Shown: piece after piece, positions 12,470 through 23,616 of the stretch
How positions within the stretch are numbered: the first letter of the stretch is position 1
Layout: each line of letters begins with the position of its first letter
Origin: Scenedesmus sp. PABB004
Taxonomy: Eukaryota
DNA length: 64,000 nucleotides
Direction: 5' to 3'
Assembly: GCA_014905635.1 (NCBI GenBank)
Contig: CM026547.1
Location: forward strand, 2,480,001-2,544,000
Translations under genes and position numbers: made by a program
The notes under the pieces: generated by a model
Databases searched by the model: none
What the model was told of the DNA's origin: nothing
Seen by the model: the letters and a program-made list of their open reading frames with translations, nothing else

Positions 12470-12474
12470 TGTAA
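12470..12474 (+). promoter_or_regulatory. TGTAA polyadenylation signal, probably for the PPR-cyclin mRNA
   Basis: First + strand TGTAA I noticed after the stop at 10728. TGTAA is the established chlorophyte poly(A) signal. Confidence 0.45.
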
Positions 12475-12510
12475 GTGGGCTTGCAGCTCGAGCTGCATGC
12501 GGGCGTGAGC

Positions 12511-14459
12511 TCACGCCCGCATCCACGCCTCCAGGAACAGCGCGGCCCTTCCTGAGTGGTAGCTCGCCTTCCACCGGTTCCCCTTGCTGTCCTTGTCCGC
12601 ATCGCCCCACACTCTGCTCGTGCCGTCAGCCTCGACCTGCGCACGCGCGCGGCCGTGCTCGCGGGCGGCGGCGCCCCGCGCAGCGCGCGCGAGCGCCCCA
12701 CCGGCGCCGTCAGCAGCCCCCCTGCGCGCTGCCGCCGCCGCCGCGCCTGCCAGAGCATCTCGCCGGCGCCGCCCTGGTCGAGCAGGTGCGCGGACACGAA
12801 GCGAGCCGTCTGCGCCAGTCGCTCAAGGTGGCCGCCACTCCCCCCGCGGAGCTCGTGCAGCTTCCACAGCGCCAGCATCGACTCCGCCTGCACCCACCAC
12901 ACCTGCGACGGCGGCGCGCGGGCTGTCGGCCGGGCGCGCGCGCGCGCGCGCGCGCGCGCGCGCGCGCGCGCCGCACCTTGACCCTGCTGGTGGGGCCGCC
13001 CTCGGGCGTGCCCGCCTCGAACACGCCCCCGTGCACGGCGTCGTAGCCTGCGGCCAGCGCGGCCTCGCCGACCGCGAGCGCGGCGTCACGGCAGGCCATT
13101 GCCGCCGCGTCGTCCAGCGCGCCCACCGCCTGCAGGTGGTCGATCGTGTCCAGCAGCAGCCACGCCGCCTCGAGGTTGTGCCCTGCAGAGAGGGGGAAGG
13201 CACCAGCGGCGGGCACCAGCAGTCGGGCGAGCCTAGGCCGCGCGGGGGCCGCCGCGCGCGGCGGGCGCGGCTGGCTGGCGGCGCCGCCGGGTCGGCCGCG
13301 CCCACCGCACCGTAGCTGACGGTGCTGGCCGGGTCTGGCGCCCAGTGCCCCGGGGTCGGCGCGGGCAGGTAGGCCTCCAGCAGCAGGCCCCGCCGCCGGG
13401 CCAGGCGCGTGCAGAGGATGGTCACCACCTCGACCAGCCGCGCCAGCACCGCGGCGTCGCCCGTCGCGCGGTGCAGCGCCACGAGCGCCTCGGTGCCGTG
13501 CAGCAGGACGTTGAGCGTGCGCGGCAGCTCCGGCGCGGCGCCGCCCCGCGCGGCGGCGCGGCGCGGCGCGTCGGCCGGAAACGAGTTGCTCGGCAGCTCG
13601 TCCCAGCCGCCGGTGCTCGCGTTGTGCCAGGCCCGGTCGAGCGCGGTGAACGTGGCGAGCGCCAGCTCGGGCGCCTCGCGCGCGCCGAACGGGGCGGCCG
13701 CGTGCTGGGAGAGGGCGTAGATCGCAAACCACTGCCCGTAGAGCACCGTCGCCGGCGACACCACGCGCGCGCCGTCGCGCGTGACGTTCCACACGAACAG
13801 CCCCGTCCCGCGGTCGAGCATGTGTGCGATCATGAAGTCCGCCGCGCTGCACGCCATCGCCGCGCTGCTCGGCAGCGGCCCGCCGCGGTGCCGGCCGCCG
13901 CCGTGCGCCGGCGCCACCGGCGCCTCGGCGCGGCCCGCGCCGCCGCCGCGCGCGTCGCAGCGCGCGTGCCGCGGCGGCTCGTCGTGGCCGTGCAGCGCGT
14001 AGGTCGCAAAGGCCCACGCGTGCCGCGCCTGCTGCACGAGGCCCTTCTCCTCCGGCGGCGTCGGCGCGCCATCGAGCGACAGCGTTCCGCGGAAGCCGCC
14101 GAAGCGCGGCTCGTCCAGGCCGTGGCACGCCCAGAAGCCGTGCACGCTCTCCCGCAGCGCCGCCACGTCGCCGCGCACCTGCGGCGGCGGCGGCAGCGCG
14201 GGCGGTGGGATGGACCGGCGGACGGCCCGCCACGCGCGGCGCGTGCGCGTGTTGACCGCGGCCCGCCGCGCGCCCCCGCGCGCCGCGCGCGCGCCCGCAC
14301 CTGGGCCAACAGGTCAGCCTGCGTCTGCGGCTGCGCCTGCGGCTCGGACCCCGCCTGCTGCGCCTGCTGCGCCTGCGCGGCGCCGCTGGCCGGCGCCGCC
14401 GCCGCGAGCATCGCCGCCACCAGCAGCGCGAGCGCCCACGGCGGGATGCCCCGCGCCAT
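12511..14459 (-). CDS. Secreted AGE-family epimerase (cellobiose 2-epimerase / N-acylglucosamine 2-epimerase-like)
   Basis: Signal peptide MARGIPPWALALLVAAMLAAAAPASG, then GGFRGTL, KGLVQQARHAWAFA, LYGQWFAIYALS, TLNVLLHGTEAL, SYGHNLEAAWLL, KVWWVQAE and terminal WKASYHSGRA. Confidence 0.88.
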
Positions 14460-14821
14460 GCGCGAGGTGCGGAAAGCTCCCAGCCCGGCGCGCGCGACGC
14501 GCAGGGCCCGCAAGCGCGCGCGGCCAGCCGCGGCTGCCCCGTGCTGCTGCTCCTGCTCGCGCTGAGGCTGGCCGCGCCACCTCCTGCATCCCGGCAGTCT
14601 CTCGCAAGCTCAGCGACACGGGCGCTGGGCAGCGGAGCGCTTGCCAGCGACCGCCCGCCGGCCTTCCTGCTGCGTGTCGCGAAACAGCGCGGCGAGCGCT
14701 CTCGCTCATGCTCCCAGTTCCGAAGCGACACCTGGCGGCTCGTTGCGCCTGTCTCGACGCCCAACGACACTCCGGTCCGTTCCGACAGCAGCAGCAGCGT
14801 GTCCCGCTCGCTCCCTGCGCC

Positions 14822-16499
14822 ATGGCCATGCTGCTCGCTCGACCCACGTGCGCGGCGCTGGCCGCGGGGCGTGGGGAAGTGCGGCACGTGGCGCCCAGGT
14901 GCGCGGCTGGCGCGCAGCGGCCTCGCCATCTCTCTGAGCCCATCTCCGACATGCATTTCCGGCCTCCCGCCCACGCAGGCGCGCCGTGGTGGTGCGCTAC
15001 CGCAAGGACGCGTCGGGGAAGAACGAGGGCGGCAACGTCGTCGTCTGTGCGTTGCCGGCGGCGCCGTCCAGCTGCCGCTGCCGCTGCCGTGTGCCACCGC
15101 TGCCGCCGCACGCTCCACGCTGGCGCTCGCTCGCTCACTCCGCCGCTGCCGCTGGCAGCTGCCGCTGCCCTGTGCCACCGCCGCTGCCGCCGCACGCTCA
15201 CGCTGCCGCTCGCTCACTCCGCCGCTGCCGCCGCCGCCGTCTCGCTCACGCAGACACGGCCTCCGACCCGCTGGGCGGGCTGTGCCCGGGCAGCCAGGCG
15301 GTGATTATGGCGCTGCTGGAGAAGCGGCTCCCGTTCTCGGAGGTCAAGGTCGACCTGGGCGCCAAGCCCGCCGACTTTGTCGAGCTCTACCACAGCGTCA
15401 TACCCGACGTCGACGTGCGCGAGCGCGTGCCCGTGCTGGTGAGGGGGGAGCGCCGCGCCGGCGTGCCTCTGCCGCGTGCCGCGCGCACGGGCGCCCGCCT
15501 GTGCCGCGCGGGGTGGCCGCGGCGCCACGCTGCGCCACGCCGGCGCACGCGCGCGCGCGCAACGACGCGGCCGCTGCGGGCCCGCGGGCCCCGCGCGCAG
15601 GTCAACGGCAGCGACATCCTGGTCGACGGGCCGACGATCGTCGAGTACCTCGCGGCGGCCTACCCCGACAGCGGCACGCCGCTGACGCCGCCCGACGCCT
15701 ACACCGCGGCGCGCGTGCGCCTGTTCAGCTCCTACTTTGCCGACCACGTCATCCCCGCGGCCAGCCACCTGCTCAAGGCGAGCGACCCCGCCGCGGTGCA
15801 GGACGCGCGCGAGGCGCTGCTGCGCGCGCTCGCCGCCGTCGACGCGTTCCTCGGCCTCCACGGCGCGGGCTGGGGCGACGCGGCGCTGGGGCCCCACTGG
15901 GGCTGGTCCATGTCGTCCGCCGGCGACGACCAGGTGCGGCGCACGCGGGCGCCGCGCCGGCGCCGCGCAGGCGCCGCGCGCAATGGCTGCGCCGCGCGCA
16001 ATGGCTGCGCGCACACGCGCCCACCCGCCCACCCACCCACCCACCCACCCACCCACCCACCCACCCACCCACCCACCCACGCACCCCCTCCACCCCGGGC
16101 GGGCCCAGGGGAGCCGGGGCGAGGCGGAGCACTACCTCATGGGCCCCTTCTACACCACCGCTGACCTCCTCGCCTCACCGCACATCGCGCGCATGGTCGA
16201 CGCGCTGCCCGAGGTGCGGCGCGGCGTGCCGCGCAGCGCAGCGCGGCAGCGGCGGCGGCGGCGCAGCATAGCGCGGCGGCGGCGCAGCGGCGGCGGCGGC
16301 GGCGGCTGCGGGCGCCCACGTGTGCCGCGCGCAGGTGCGCGGCCTGGACGTGCTGGCCGAGTGCGAGGCGCGCAAGCTGTCGAGGGTTGCCGGCTGGATG
16401 CGCGCGTGCCTCGCCCGCCCCAGCGCGCAGCTCGTGAGCCCGAAGCGCGAGGAGCTGGCCGCGGGGCATGCCGCGTGGGAGTGGAGCCACGCCATGTGA
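14822..16499 (+). CDS. Glutathione S-transferase (omega/lambda/DHAR-like, Cys-type), likely organelle-targeted
   Basis: LCPGSQAVIMALLEKRLPFSEVKVDLGAKPADF, RVPVLVNG, IVEYLAAAYP, LTPPDAYTAARVRLF, YLMGPFYTTADL and VAGWMRACLARPS. Confidence 0.82.
15071..15238. repeat. Two-copy ~85-bp tandem duplication in a GST intron
   Basis: gctgccgctgcc..tgtgccaccg..ctgccgccgcacgctc..acgctg..cgctcgctcactccgccgctgccg occurs twice in tandem. Confidence 0.7.
16021..16080. repeat. (CCAC)n tetranucleotide microsatellite in a GST intron
   Basis: Directly visible ccacccacccac... run. Confidence 0.95.
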
Positions 16500-16780
16500 G
16501 CGGGGTGCTACGGGGCACTTAGTTGAGGTTGGTTTTGGTGGCCGATCACGTGTGTGCGCACAGCTAGAGGCCGGGTGCGGCCGGGCGCGGGCGGGCGCGG
16601 GCGGACGGACGACGGGCGGGCGGCGGCGCAGCCGCCGAGCGTGCGTGGTAATTGCTCGCGTTACCCCGCCGGCGGCCCGAGCTGGGGCCCGTGCCACTGC
16701 TGACTCACTCGTCAGCTGATCAGCAGCAGGGGCTTGGGACAGCGGGGCGCGAAGAGGGGGGGAGTGGGGCGGCCGAGGTC

Positions 16781-18707
16781 TCAGCCTGCGCCGAGGATGC
16801 GGCGGAACGCGCTCGCCGCCCGGTCGTGCTCCGAGCGGCGCTCCGCGCGAACCTGCGGCGCCGCGCGCACGTGCCAGGGCAGCCGGGCGTGCGGCGGCCG
16901 CCCAGCCCAAGCGCGCGGTCAGAGGCCGCGCGCGGAGGCCCGCCCCGCCGCGGCAGCTGGCCGGCGCGGGCGGCCGCACCTGGTCGGCGAAGCTGGCGTG
17001 CCCCTGCCCCCCCGGCCCGGCGGGCCCCGCGGCGGCGCCCGCCCTGCCGCCCCCAGCCGCCGCGCCCCCGCGCGCGGCGCGCGGCCCCCCCTCCGCGCTG
17101 GCCGCGTCGTCCTCGTCCTCGCTCGCCCACAGCGCCTGGGGCGGCCCCAGGCCGTCGATGAAGCGAACCTCGACGAGCTGGCGGCGGGGCGCACGCAGGC
17201 AGCGTCAGCGGACCGCTCGCGGAGCTGCGCGCGCCGCCGGCCGCCGAGGGCCTCACCTGGCGTGCCGGGCGCTGCGGCCCGATGGTGAACCCCTGCGGCT
17301 GCGCCTCCTCCTCGCCCTCGTCAGGCCAGCGCACGCGCACCTGCCTGCGCCCCGCGCTGGCAGGCGGCCCGCCGCTGCGCAGGATGCCGCGGCTGCCGCT
17401 GCTGCCGAGGCTCATCGCGCTGCCGGGCCTGCCGCCGCCCCTCGAGCTCGTGCCGCCGCGCGCCGCGCCGCCGCCGCTGCCGCCGCCGCTGCTGCCGGGC
17501 GTGCGGCCCTCGTCGGCGTCGAGCTGCTCCAGCTCCCGGTTGACGCCCGCCAGCAGCGCCGCGGCGTCAATCTCCAGCGGCGCAACGCCCAGCCGCGCCT
17601 TCTTGCGCCCCCGCGGCGTCCGCGCGGCGTCAGCGGCCGCGTCGGTGTCGGCGTCATCGGCGTCGTCGCCGTCGCCCTCGAGCTCCCACCTACTGCGCGG
17701 CGCGCCGGCGCCGCCCAGCGCCGCGCCCGGCGGGCTCGCGGGCGCTGCCGGGGCCTGCGCGGGGCTGCTGCCGCCGCCCTGTCCGGCCGCGGGCTCGTCC
17801 TGCGACATGTCCACGTCGCTGGCGGCGGGCGCTGGCGCGGCTGCTGGGACGCTGCGCTCAAACAGCGACGCTGCGCTCGCCAGCGCGTAGCTCGCGGGCG
17901 GCGGCTCAAACGCGGCGGCCATGTCGCGGATGTCCTCCAGCGTGCGGTCGTGCACGCACCGCGCAAAGCACGCCTGCGCACGGCGGCCCAGGGCGGCCGC
18001 GCGGGCGCGCGCGCCTGGACGGCAGCCCGCCGCGCGCCGCCGCCCGCCACACCCCAGCGCGCGGGGCCGCGGGTCCGCGCGCGCGCGCGCCGCACCTCAG
18101 GGTCGGTGGTGAGCGGTGGCACGACCATGACCTCGTACCCGGCGCCCTGCCCCAGCGCCCACGCCTCGCGCAGCTGCTCCGCGCGCGGCAGCGGCGCGTC
18201 GAGCAGCACCAGGCCGTGCGTCCCGCCCGACAGCGTCTTGCCGAGCGCGCGCAGCAGGCTGCGCACGTACCCCGGCTCCGCCGCTGCGTCGTACACGTAG
18301 CGCGGCGGGCCCGGCGCGGCGCGGCGCTTGGGCGCGTGCCCGCCCGGCGGGTGGTGGCCCGGCTCCTCGTCCTCCACCAGGAAATAGTCGTCCAGGCTGT
18401 GCACGCGCGGCGCGGGGCCGCCCGCCGCGAGCTCCAGCGCGCGCACCGCGCGCGCGGCGGCGCTCTTGCCGCTGCCGGGCAGCCCGCGCAGCAGCAGCAG
18501 CAGGCGGCGCGGCCGGGTCGCGCGGCCGGGCGGCTCCAGCAGCGCGCGCAGGTCCACCGGCGCGGGCGGCGGCGCGGGCGCGGGCTGCGGGCCGCCCGGC
18601 GGCTGGCCGCCCGGCGGCGGAGCCGGCTCGCCCTGCGCCGCGCCGGGCGGGGGCCCCTGCCAGCCCTGCGCCATGTGCGCCTGCTGCACCTGCGCCTGCA
18701 TCTGTGC

Positions 18708-18759
<52 letters not shown>

Positions 18760-19445
18760 CATTGCTGCGGCACGCCGCCCGCCAGCTGCCCCGCCTGCTG
18801 CTGCATCAGCATCTCCGCCTGCTCTTGCTGGCGTTTGAGGAGCTGCTGCTGGAGCAGCATCTGCTGCTGCTGCTGGTACAGCTGCTGCTGGTGCAGAGCA
18901 TGCGCCTGGAAATGCTGCGCCTGCAGGGCGTACTGCTGCGCCTGCTGCTGCTGCTGCAGGGCATACTGGTGCTGCTGCTGCTGCTGCTGCTGCTGCTGCA
19001 GGGCATACTGGTGCTGCTGCTGCGCCTGCTGCTGCAGGGCAAACTGGTGCTGCATCGCCGGCACCGGGTGCTGCACGGGCTGCGCCCACTGCGGCGCGCC
19101 GCCGGGCACGCCGGCGCCCCACGCCACAGGCTGCTGCTGCACCGGCAACTGCCCCGCGCCCCACTGCTGCTGCTGCGGGTGCGGCGCCGGCGCCCACTGC
19201 GGCTGCGCACCACCCCACTGCTGCTGCGGTTGCGCGCCCCACTGCTGCTGCTGCTGCGGGCCCCACTGCTGTTGTGGCTGTGGCTGCCAGCCTGCCTCCG
19301 GCTGCGGGCCCCGGGCAGGCGGCGGCTCCGCGGGCAGCGGCGGCGGTGGCTCCGCAGGCAGCGGCGGCGCAAACGCCGCCGCCGGCTGCTGCTGCACGCC
19401 GTGTGGCTGGCCCGGCTGCTGTCCCGGCCAGAAGCCATTCTCCAT
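16781..19445 (-). CDS. YLPM1: YLP motif-containing protein 1 (ZAP3)-like P-loop protein with Q/P-rich N-terminus
   Basis: LLEPPGRATRPRRLLLLLRGLPGSGKS...GGPAPRVHSLDDYFLVE...YVYDAAAEPGY, plus a PP1-binding-type VRVRWPD motif. The last exon ends AFRRILGAG*. Confidence 0.85.
18709..18753. repeat. CAG/CTG (polyQ) tract in the YLPM1-like gene
   Basis: Visible (ctg)n run encoding polyQ on the minus strand. Confidence 0.9.
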
Positions 19446-19718
19446 GCGTGAAGCTGCACGGAGAGGTGCCGGGCGCGCCTGGGCCTCAGGGCCGGCCGCT
19501 GCTGCTCTCGCCGCCGGCCATCACGCGTCCGCCGCCGCCCCGCGCGGGCCCAGCTGCGGCGCTGCCGCGCAGTGACCTATGAACGGCTCCAGCAGCTCAC
19601 GCGCCGGGCGGGGAGCTGCCGGCGTGTGCGGTGCGGCGGCTGCTTCGTCCGCTGCAGGCGGCGCAGGGCTCGGACGGCGCGGCGCGTGTGTCACGGCCGC
19701 TGGCCCAGAGCGCAGACC

Positions 19719-19723
19719 TTACA
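19719..19723 (-). promoter_or_regulatory. TGTAA polyadenylation signal for LRRC6
   Basis: ttaca on the + strand, about 80 nt downstream of the LRRC6 stop. Confidence 0.6.
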
Positions 19724-19803
19724 GATCCAGCTGCCCGCGGCCCAGCCGCGCTGAACCGCCGCCCGCCCGGCCTCCGCGAACCGCGCCCGACCAGTCGTCC
19801 TCT

Positions 19804-21875
19804 TCAGCCGGGGAGGTCGGGCAGGTCGTCGTCGCCGCCCGCCGCGGCCACCACCGCCGCGCGCGGCACTTCGCGCAGCAGGAAGTCGCCGCCACCGCCT
19901 GGCCGCCCGACGGCGCCGCCGCGCGGCTGCTGCTTGGCCGCCGCCGGCCGGCCGCGGGCGCCGGGCGTCGCCACGCCCGCTGGCCGCCTGGCTTGCGCGG
20001 GGCGCAGGTGCGTGACGTCCAGCGCCGCCGCCGCAGCGTCCTCCTTGGGCATGGTCAGCACCAGCCGCCCGCTCGCGGCAGAGCGCTGCGCAACGCTGCT
20101 GTCGGGCTTGACCTGCGGCGGCGCCGGCGGCACGCCCGCGCCGGCGTGGGCGCCGCCGCCGCCACCGCGCGGCCGCGCGGCGCGCGAGGGGGGCGCGCCG
20201 CACCTCGGCGGGCAGCACCAGCTGCAGCAGGCGCCCCTTGATCAGCAGGCGCGCGAGCCGCGGCTGCACGTCTGCCTGGATGAGGGACGAGTCCAGGAAC
20301 CTGCCCACGGCCACGCTCAGCACCAGCGCCGTGCTGCGCCCGCACCGCGCGTGCGGCAGGGCGGCGCGGCGGCGTTGCGCGGTGCACCTTCGCGCCGAGC
20401 CAGCACCCGGCGCGGAGCCCACTGCGCCGCGCGCCGCGCCGCGCCCGCGCGCCGGCCGCACCCGTCCTCCGACTCCTCCAGCGCGAACTCCCACTTGCCC
20501 TCGTTTCGCTGCATCACGCGCCCACCCTCGGGCAGCGGCGGGAACTCCTGCGCGCACGCACACGCACACGGCCGGCGGAGGCGTGGGGCCCGGCGCCGGC
20601 GGCCAGGCGGCGCGCGCGTGCCAGGCCGCACCTCGAGCCGCGGCGGCGCGGGCGCGGGCGCAAAGGGGTCCTTCTGCCCCGCGGCGCGCGCCGCCTCTGC
20701 CTCGCGGTTAGCCCTCTCCTGCGTGCGGCCGGTGGCGAGCAGGGCTCCCGCGTGGGCGGCGGGGCGCCGCCGGCGCTGACGCAGCCGCCGTGCCGCTGCC
20801 GCGCCGCGCCGCACCATCTCGCGGTGCTCCAGGATGCGCGTCGCCGCGCACCACGGCCGCCGCAGCTCGCCCGCGTCGTCGACGTAGCCCGTCTCGGGCA
20901 CGTCCGCGTCCTCCAGCGCGCCGTCGTCCTCCACGCCCGCCGCCGCCGCGACGTCGACGCCCTCGGCCGCGAGCTCGGCCGCCAGCGCCGCCGCCAGCGC
21001 CGGCAGCGCCTGCCGCGCGGCGATGCGCTCCGACACCTTGATGGCCTGCCCGTCCTGCGCGCGCGGGGGGCGTGGCGGTGGACGGGTGGGCTCAGTGTCG
21101 CGCGCGCCGTCGCGTGCCGCGAGCCGCCGCGCGCCGCGAGCCGTCCCGCGCGCGGTGGGCCGCGCCGCGGCGCGCACCAGCTTTGTGAGCTGCGGCAGCG
21201 TGGCCACGACGTACTGCCGGTAGCCGTGCCAGTCGGTGCAGGGGTTGCCGGTGAGGAACAGCTCGCGCAGGGCGTGGTTGGCCGACAGGCTGGCCACGCT
21301 CAGCAGGCCGGCCTTGGGTATGAAGTTGAGCGTGAGGTCGAGCTTGGACAGCGACTCGCAGCGCTGCAGGTTCTGGAGCTTCGTCACGTTGTTCACCGCC
21401 AGGTTGAGGTACTGCAGCTCCTGAACGCACAGCAGCGCCGGCGCCGGCAGCCGCGGCGGCGGCGGCGGTCATCCCGTGCGGGCGCGCGGAGCCGGCGCGC
21501 GGGAAGCTGGCCGCCGCCGCCGGCGCGCCCGCCGCGCGGCCGCGCGCCTTGAGCTTGTGCAGGTTTTGGATCTTGGCGATGAGGTTGTTCTGCAGGTACA
21601 GGATGCGCAGGCGCGGGCAGAGGTGGCCGAGCAGCTCGATGCGCTCGATGCTCTGCTGGTGCAGCGCGACCTCCTCGAGCGTCGACAGCATGAACTCGTT
21701 GTGCTCAGCGCGCTGTGCCGCGGCGCGGCGCGGGATAGGGTCGTCCGGCGGCCCCTCTGGCGCCGCGGGCCGGCGGGCCGGACGCGCTGGCGGCGGCGCC
21801 GCGCGCGAGAGCAGCGAGAGCAGCGCCGGCGCGCCGCCTCGCCTTGCGGATCATCTGCTCGCTGATGCGCCCCAT
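19804..21875 (-). CDS. LRRC6: Dynein axonemal assembly factor 11 (LRRC6/TilB/MOT47)
   Basis: [37 protein letters not shown]..., [72 protein letters not shown] and [10 protein letters not shown]. Confidence 0.95.
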
Positions 21876-22427
21876 GGCGACGCTGTGGCGAAGCTTCAGC
21901 TATCCGCCAGACGCCTGCCGCGGCCTGGGACGACCGGGCTGCGGCGCGGCGCGCGTTCCCGCCGAACGCGCGCCGCTCGACGGCGCCGCGCCTGCGCCCC
22001 GGCGCGGCTCCGCTGACTGAGTTGAGCTCTTCCCGGCACGACGCTTTGCTCACGCGATCGCCGGGACGGCCCCCGCGCGGTGCGGCGGGCGCGCCGGCGT
22101 GCGGCGTGGTCGGCGGGCGCGGCGGCGCCTGGCGCACAGCAGCCCTGCTTGGCGGGCAATTCGGGGGTGCGGACGCGCCGGCCGACCGGCCCTCGGCGGC
22201 GATTCCAGCGCCGCGAACCGCCGGCGGTTCGCCGCACGCACAGGCCGCCGGAGCCAACCCCTCCTCGCGCCGCCGCCGCCCGCCCGCCGTCCCAGAGCGC
22301 CCGATCCGCGCCCGCCCCCGCCTGTCGCGCGTCGCGCGGCTGCGGGGCGGCAGCGGCGGCGGAGCGCTCCCTTGGCTGCGGCAGCGGCAGCGCGCTGCGC
22401 GCGCGCCTCGGCGAGCTTGCAGCCGGC

Positions 22428-23187
22428 ATGGAGCCGGCCGCGGTGACCAGCCTGAGGGTGCACTGCCACGCCTGTGGCGCGACGCTGGCGGTGGCGCTGC
22501 CGCCGTCGCACGCGCACGCCCCGGAGCTCCTCGTGCGGTGCGGCGACTGCGCGAAGCTGCTGCGCGTCGCGCTCTGGCAGCAGCACCCCGGGGCAGCCGC
22601 AATGGCGCCGCCGCCGGCGCGGCCGGCCGCCGCGGCGGCCAGCGGCGGTCACCTGGCGCTCGGGGGCCCCGGGCTGGCGGCGGGGCTCGAGGAGCTGCAG
22701 CTCGCAGGCAACCAGGTGAGGGCACGCCTGGCAGGAGCGCACGCCTGCCGGCACCCCCCCCCCCCAACGCACACGCGCCCACGCCGCGCCGCAGGCCGGC
22801 GGTGCTGCCGCGGCCGCGCCGGAGCGCGAGCTGGGGGGCGGCTGGCGCGTGCACGACGCCCAGCTGGGCGCGTGCCGGCCGCGCGGGGCGACGCCGCCGC
22901 CGCCCGACGCGCCGGCGGCCAAGCGGGCCAAGCACGACCCACGCCCGGCGCCCGCGAGCTCCCGAGACGACGGCTGGCCCCCGCCGCCGCCGCCCCTGAC
23001 CCTGGAGAGCGCCTGGCAGGCGGTGTGCCGCGGCGCGCTGCAGCAGGAGGCGCGCGTCGACCCGGGCGCGCAGCTGCAGGAAGGGCCGCCTGCGGCGCCG
23101 GCGAGCCCGCGGCGCGGCGGCGCGGCGAGGCCGGGCGGCGGCGCGCGCGGGCGCGCCTGGGCGCGGGGCTGGCTGCCTCGAGCATGA
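22428..23187 (+). CDS. Protein with N-terminal YABBY-type C2C2 zinc finger (2 exons; intron 22716-22794)
   Basis: VHCHACGATLAVALPPSHAHAPELLVRCGDCAKLLRV matches the YABBY Zn-finger pattern. Exon 2 has an NLS-like AKRAKH and no evident HMG-like YABBY domain. Confidence 0.62.
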
Positions 23188-23616
23188 GCAGCAGTGCGAG
23201 CCGCTTCAGCGGCGGCGGCAGCGGCGGTGGTGGCGCGGTGGCGGAGGTGGGGCGCGTGGCACCGCCGCCCCGGCGCCAGCGCTCCGCGCCGGCGGGCGCC
23301 GCGGCGCCGGCCGCGGCGCCCGCGCTGCGCCGGTGCGCGTCGGCGGGCGCGCCGCCGCAGCGGTGACGCTGAGCTGCTGGGGCGGTGGTGGGGAGTTGCC
23401 CGCAGCGGCGGGGGCTGTTGAGGCTGTGTGTGCGTGTGGCGGGGGAGCGCCAGGCATGCTCGCGCGGGCTCACTCGCAGCTCGGTTACCTGGCAACTCTC
23501 TGCCGCGCTCACCGCAACGCCCATCAGAAAGCGCCGCTGCCCCAGGCGCGACCCAGACGCGGCTCGTCAACTCCCCCGCGCGCCCGCAGCACGCGCCGCG
23601 CCGCGCCGCGCCGCGC

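Noticed and set aside
18466..19575. Extremely Cys-rich ORF resembling metallothionein or keratin-associated proteins
   Set aside because: It is the antisense reading of the CAG/polyQ region of the YLPM1-like gene. The same applies to the poly-Cys and poly-Leu ORFs at 49475-50659, 59491-59973 and 60921-61820.
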